Shown piece by piece: positions 7,182 through 10,638 of a DNA stretch of 10,638 bases. Below the pieces are notes generated by a model. The model saw only the letters and a list, made by a program, of their open reading frames with translations, was not told the DNA's origin and searched no databases. The first letter of the stretch is position 1; the number at the start of each line of letters is the position of its first letter. A program made the translations under genes and the position numbers. Source of the stretch: an uncultured bacterium (GTDB lineage Bacteria; Zixibacteria; MSB-5A5; UBA10806); NCBI GenBank assembly GCA_965541585.1, contig CBEUCH010000033.1:1-10638 (forward strand), written 5' to 3'.

Positions 7182-8939
7182 ATGAAAAAGCTCTTTCTAC
7201 CGATATTGGTTTTTCTGGCCTCGGCTGTCTACTTCGGTTTGCAAGCCTGTCCAACCTTCTACTACTGGGACTCGGCGGAGCTCACTGCGGCGGTGCTCAC
7301 GGGCGGTGTCCCGCATCCCCCGGGTTTTCCGCTGCTTTTGATTCTTGCCAGGATCTGGGTCGCTGTAATCCCGTTTGAGGCGAGCGGCGGCTTGAATTGG
7401 TTCTCATCATTTTTCGCAGCCCTGGGGATTTCAGTATGGTTCGCCGTTATAGCCAGGATTCTGAGAGCGTCAATGATCAATGCCAATCAGAACGTGATTT
7501 ATATATTCTCGTTGATCTCGACGTTGGTGATGGGAATATCCTTCACCTACGGCATCCAGGGCACTCGTTTCGAGGTCTATTCCTTGAATTTCGCATGTTT
7601 CGCGATTCTGGTTCTATTGGCATGCAAATTGGCATCGGATGACCATATCTCATCATGGCGATTTTATTCTCTTTTTGCTCTGATGGGACTCGCACTGGGG
7701 GCGCATATTCTAACGATTGCTCTTGCATTACCGGGCCTTCTCCTGATCTTATATTTATCAAAGAGGATAAATCTAAGGCGATTATTCCTTGGCGCAGGCC
7801 TGGCCGCATTGGTGATGATACCGCAGTATATCATCATATACTATCTGGCTCAAAATGATCCGCCATTGAACTGGGGCAATCCGTCCAGCCTAAAAAGTTT
7901 CTATGACTACATTTTTGTCCGGGAGTTTGTGACCTCGGTTCCCAGCTTCAGCCCCGGCCATATATTGGAGAATCTGTCTTTTGTTATTGGCCTGCTCGTG
8001 AATCAACTCGGAGTCGCGGGCCTGGCACTATCGGTCTGGGGCCTCATATATCTTGCGAAAGAAAAGCGGGCTATAGCCGTTCCGCTTGTTACGATCTTGA
8101 TTCTAAATTCTTTCTCGGTTATTTATGCCGAGGAATTTTTCTCGGAAAACTATGATCTGCAGGGATATCTCTTGATCTCGATGTCTATTGTGGCGCTTCT
8201 GATGGCTATTGGCCTGTTTCGATTATATCTATCGACAGTAGCCTTTACAAGGCGGTTGGAGTCAATTCATTCCCGTAACCTGGCCTTGATGTTGAGTTTG
8301 GTCATTTCGATTCTCATATTCGCCTATCCCGTCACGCGGAATATCCTTTCTGCTGACCTCTCGGATGTGGATGGAGCCCTGGAATACGCCGAGGAGTTCA
8401 CCGAACAAGCTCCGGAAGATGCCATTATCATTACATCATATTACAACACCTATTTCTGCCTGCTGGCCTATAACGCCGCCAATCCTTCCCACGATAAACA
8501 TCAAATAATAAACATATATAACTGGGATCATGCGTGGGGAAGAGAGGAGATTAACAGGCGTTATCATAGGAAACTTCCGATCGATATCGATCGGCAAACG
8601 TTCTATCGGCATTTTCTCAATGAGTTTATGAAAGAGTTTCCGATATATATCGAATACGATGAGGCCAGCGCTCCCCTCGCAAAATACCTTAAGCCAGAGG
8701 GCCTCGGCTACTTATTTACAACTACGGATACGTCCATGATCGAGATTGACGCCGTAGCGGCTGAGATCGAAGCGAAGCTGGGGCCGGTGTCAGAATTGGA
8801 GAATATAGAGAGCTTAAAAACCTGGGTAATGTGGCTTCAAAACCGGGGTTTATACTACAAGCAGCGTGGCTATTCTGAGGCCGCCAGGGCATATTTCTCC
8901 GCCGTAGATTCGGTGGCAGCGCTTGTCCATTTAAATTGA
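7182..8939 (+). CDS. DUF2723 / TMEM260-like GT-C membrane glycosyltransferase
   Basis: YYWDSAEL…GGVPHPPGFPL matches the DUF2723/TMEM260 DSxEL…HPPGYP signature; also FEVYSLN, LGAH and PPLNWGNP; many TM helices plus a soluble C-terminal domain. Confidence 0.88.
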   Translation: MKKLFLPILVFLASAVYFGLQACPTFYYWDSAELTAAVLTGGVPHPPGFPLLLILARIWVAVIPFEASGGLNWFSSFFAALGISVWFAVIARILRASMINANQNVIYIFSLISTLVMGISFTYGIQGTRFEVYSLNFACFAILVLLACKLASDDHISSWRFYSLFALMGLALGAHILTIALALPGLLLILYLSKRINLRRLFLGAGLAALVMIPQYIIIYYLAQNDPPLNWGNPSSLKSFYDYIFVREFVTSVPSFSPGHILENLSFVIGLLVNQLGVAGLALSVWGLIYLAKEKRAIAVPLVTILILNSFSVIYAEEFFSENYDLQGYLLISMSIVALLMAIGLFRLYLSTVAFTRRLESIHSRNLALMLSLVISILIFAYPVTRNILSADLSDVDGALEYAEEFTEQAPEDAIIITSYYNTYFCLLAYNAANPSHDKHQIINIYNWDHAWGREEINRRYHRKLPIDIDRQTFYRHFLNEFMKEFPIYIEYDEASAPLAKYLKPEGLGYLFTTTDTSMIEIDAVAAEIEAKLGPVSELENIESLKTWVMWLQNRGLYYKQRGYSEAARAYFSAVDSVAALVHLN

Positions 8940-9153
8940 CATTCATCATATAACCGATAGGGATTCAATTTTAAACCATATATCTCACAATCTCGACTAT
9001 TGCATTTTGCAAACCGCAAAGCCGACGAGCATCAGGATCAAGGATTTGGCGTTTTATACCGGAACCTGTGAGCGGTGGATCTCGAAGGCTAAGGCTATGA
9101 TCAATAAGTAGATACCGAATTATATAGAGCCAGAATGCTGTTTCCCGCCGTTC

Positions 9154-9169
9154 CGGCATGACCTTTGCC
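9154..9169 (+). promoter_or_regulatory. sigma54 -24/-12 promoter candidate for the pilin gene
   Basis: CGGCATGACCTTTGCC: GG-N10-GC with GGCA and TTGC. sigma54-dependent pilA transcription is established in Pseudomonas, Geobacter and Myxococcus. Confidence 0.6.
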
Positions 9170-9310
9170 TGATAGCCAACCGGTTCTTTGAGAATGGAAA
9201 AGCATCAGGCGTAAAATTTGAAATATTCGGTGTATTAAAGTCGAAAGTTCAAAGTTCGATAAAACAGACAAGAGATGTTACGCAAACCCCAAAACCAGTG
9301 AGGTGACTAA

Positions 9311-9739
9311 ATGTTAAGACATTTCCATCGAAACAGCAAAGGTTTCACGTTGATCGAGTTGATGATCGTCGTGGTAATCATCGGGATTCTCGCTGCCCTG
9401 GCGATCCCGCGCTTCATGCGTTCGACAACTAAGTCCAAACAGTCTGAGGCCAAACAGCTCCTCAAGCAAATCTATACGATGCAGAGAGCTTACAGGCAGG
9501 AATTCAATGCTTATTGTTTGGGCGGTGTCGTCGCCAGCGCCGCCGCTCCTGCCACCTTTGGCTTGATCGGTGTCGACATTCAGGCTTCTGCCCGCTACAG
9601 TTATCTAATGGCCGCCACAACGAACACCTTCTCCTGCATCGCTACCGCAAACCTTGATGACGACGGGATAATCGATACCTGGATGATCGACCAGACCGGC
9701 GCGTTGAGTGTTACTATCGACGACTCCGTGCTTCCCTAG
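9311..9739 (+). CDS. pilA: Type IV pilin, probable major pilin
   Basis: Class III signal peptide MLRHFHRNSKG|FTLIELMIVVVIIGILAALAIP with Glu5; two Cys; strong SD GAGGTG (9300-9305); followed by a terminator. Confidence 0.93.
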   Translation: MLRHFHRNSKGFTLIELMIVVVIIGILAALAIPRFMRSTTKSKQSEAKQLLKQIYTMQRAYRQEFNAYCLGGVVASAAAPATFGLIGVDIQASARYSYLMAATTNTFSCIATANLDDDGIIDTWMIDQTGALSVTIDDSVLP

Positions 9740-9758
9740 TTAATATAAGGGGAGATTG

Positions 9759-9792
9759 TGGGGGACGGCCAACCGTCCCCCATTTTATTTTC
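9759..9792 (+). terminator. Intrinsic terminator between the two pilin genes
   Basis: Perfect 10-bp stem TGGGGGACGG-CCAA-CCGTCCCCCA followed by TTTTATTTTC. Confidence 0.9.
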
Positions 9793-9819
9793 TGCGGATA
9801 CGTACGACAGGGGGAAGTA

Positions 9820-10245
9820 ATGGCAGGAAGCAAGATAAAAAGATCGTCGGGAATGACGTTGATAGAGCTCATGATTGTCGTTGTCATCATCGGCATCCTT
9901 GCGGCGCTGGCCATGCCTAGGTTCATGGCATCCGCCGCCAAGTCCAAGCAGTCGGAAGCCAAGCAGCTTCTCAAGCAAATCTATACCATGCAGCGGGCTT
10001 ACTTCATGTTTAACGAAAGCTATTGCTTAAACGGCGTTACCGCCTCGGCCACAGCCCCGACAGCATTTTCCATACTTCACGTCGAGATTACGACCAACGC
10101 CCGGTATTCATACGGTATGGTAACCGGCGTGAATACCTTCACCTGCACCGCCACTGCAAATATCGATGACGACGGGATAATCGATACCTGGACCATAAAT
10201 GACGCGGGCCAGCTGATAAATACCATTGATGATGCAACTAGCTGA
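9820..10245 (+). CDS. Second type IV pilin, paralogue of the first
   Basis: MAGSKIKRSSG|MTLIELMIVVVIIGILAALAMP; mature part aligns without gaps to pilin 1 (88/130 identical by hand count). Confidence 0.93.
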   Translation: MAGSKIKRSSGMTLIELMIVVVIIGILAALAMPRFMASAAKSKQSEAKQLLKQIYTMQRAYFMFNESYCLNGVTASATAPTAFSILHVEITTNARYSYGMVTGVNTFTCTATANIDDDGIIDTWTINDAGQLINTIDDATS

Positions 10246-10284
10246 TGAGAACGTGTTTTTCGCTGAATAATTCCATTATTCCGG

Positions 10285-10313
10285 TTTACAATCTTTAACA
10301 ATCAGGATATAAT
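10285..10313 (+). promoter_or_regulatory. sigma70 promoter of pilD, likely leaderless
   Basis: TTTACA-N17-TATAAT, then 6 nt, then ATG 10320. Confidence 0.75.
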
Positions 10314-10319
10314 CCAACG

Positions 10320-10638
10320 ATGCAAGATCCGATCCTGCTGGCATTAGTCTTTTTCTTCGGTATTATTATAGGAAGTTTTCTCAACGTACTTATTTATCGT
10401 CTGCCTCGCAAGCTGTCTCTTATAAGACCATCATCGAGATGTCCTCGATGCGACTCCAAGATTAAGTTTTACGATAATGTACCGATTTTCTCATACTTCA
10501 TCCTCAGAGGAAAATGCCGTAACTGCAAGGGCAGGATCTCTGTTCGCTACCCGATCGTGGAATTTTTGACCGGGCTTCTATTGACCGTGGCGCTGTATCA
10601 TTTTGGAATCACATTAATGGGTTTCGAGGTTATATTCT
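10320..10638 (+). CDS. pilD: Prepilin peptidase/N-methyltransferase (A24A), 3'-truncated by the window
   Basis: Hand translation: MQDPILLALVFFFGIIIGSFLNVLIYRLPRKLSLIRPSSRCPRCDSKIKFYDNVPIFSYFILRGKCRNCKGRISVRYPIVEFLTG…; GSFLNV motif and two CxxC zinc motifs. Confidence 0.96.
   Translation, partial: MQDPILLALVFFFGIIIGSFLNVLIYRLPRKLSLIRPSSRCPRCDSKIKFYDNVPIFSYFILRGKCRNCKGRISVRYPIVEFLTGLLLTVALYHFGITLMGFEVIF

Noticed and set aside
9009..9119. Fragments reminiscent of a c-di-GMP-I (GEMM) riboswitch: GCAAACC, GCAAAGCC, CTAAG…CTATGA…TACCGAA
   Set aside because: The GNRA-capped hairpin required between GCAAACC and GCAAAGCC is absent, spacing to the P2-like part is too long, and it lies upstream of the predicted promoter. 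An Rfam cmscan would settle it.
9311..9739. Pilin as a Geobacter-type short aromatic 'e-pilin'
   Set aside because: Mature pilins are ~130 aa with a full globular head; nothing in the sequence supports conductivity.
9656..10192. Pilin repeats as a DGR template/variable repeat pair or CRISPR-like array
   Set aside because: Differences are not adenine-specific, both copies are intact genes, and no reverse transcriptase or regular repeat-spacer pattern is present.
199..10301. Remaining antisense and alternate-frame ORFs in the track
   Set aside because: Shadows of well-supported + strand genes with no independent protein signatures.

Overview
Bacterial cell-envelope locus with all genes on the + strand. 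In order: a TPR protein translationally coupled to a stand-alone CpsD/CapB-type BY-kinase; an apparently monocistronic phosphoglycosyl transferase (PGT) with an Arg-rich insertion, a sigma54-type promoter and its own terminator; a three-gene unit (PEGA/DUF5683-like exported protein, fibronectin-III repeat lipoprotein, polytopic membrane protein) behind a sigma28-like promoter; a DUF2723/TMEM260-like GT-C glycosyltransferase; two tandem paralogous type IV pilins separated by an intrinsic terminator; and the 5' part of prepilin peptidase pilD, which is missing from the ORF track. The most interesting reading (inference) is a surface-protein/pilin O-glycosylation module built on a TMEM260-like enzyme, with layered promoters: sigma54, sigma28-like and apparently leaderless sigma70. 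The pilin style reminds me of Zixibacteria/FCB-related lineages, but this is unverified. No mobile elements, CRISPR arrays or RNA genes were seen.
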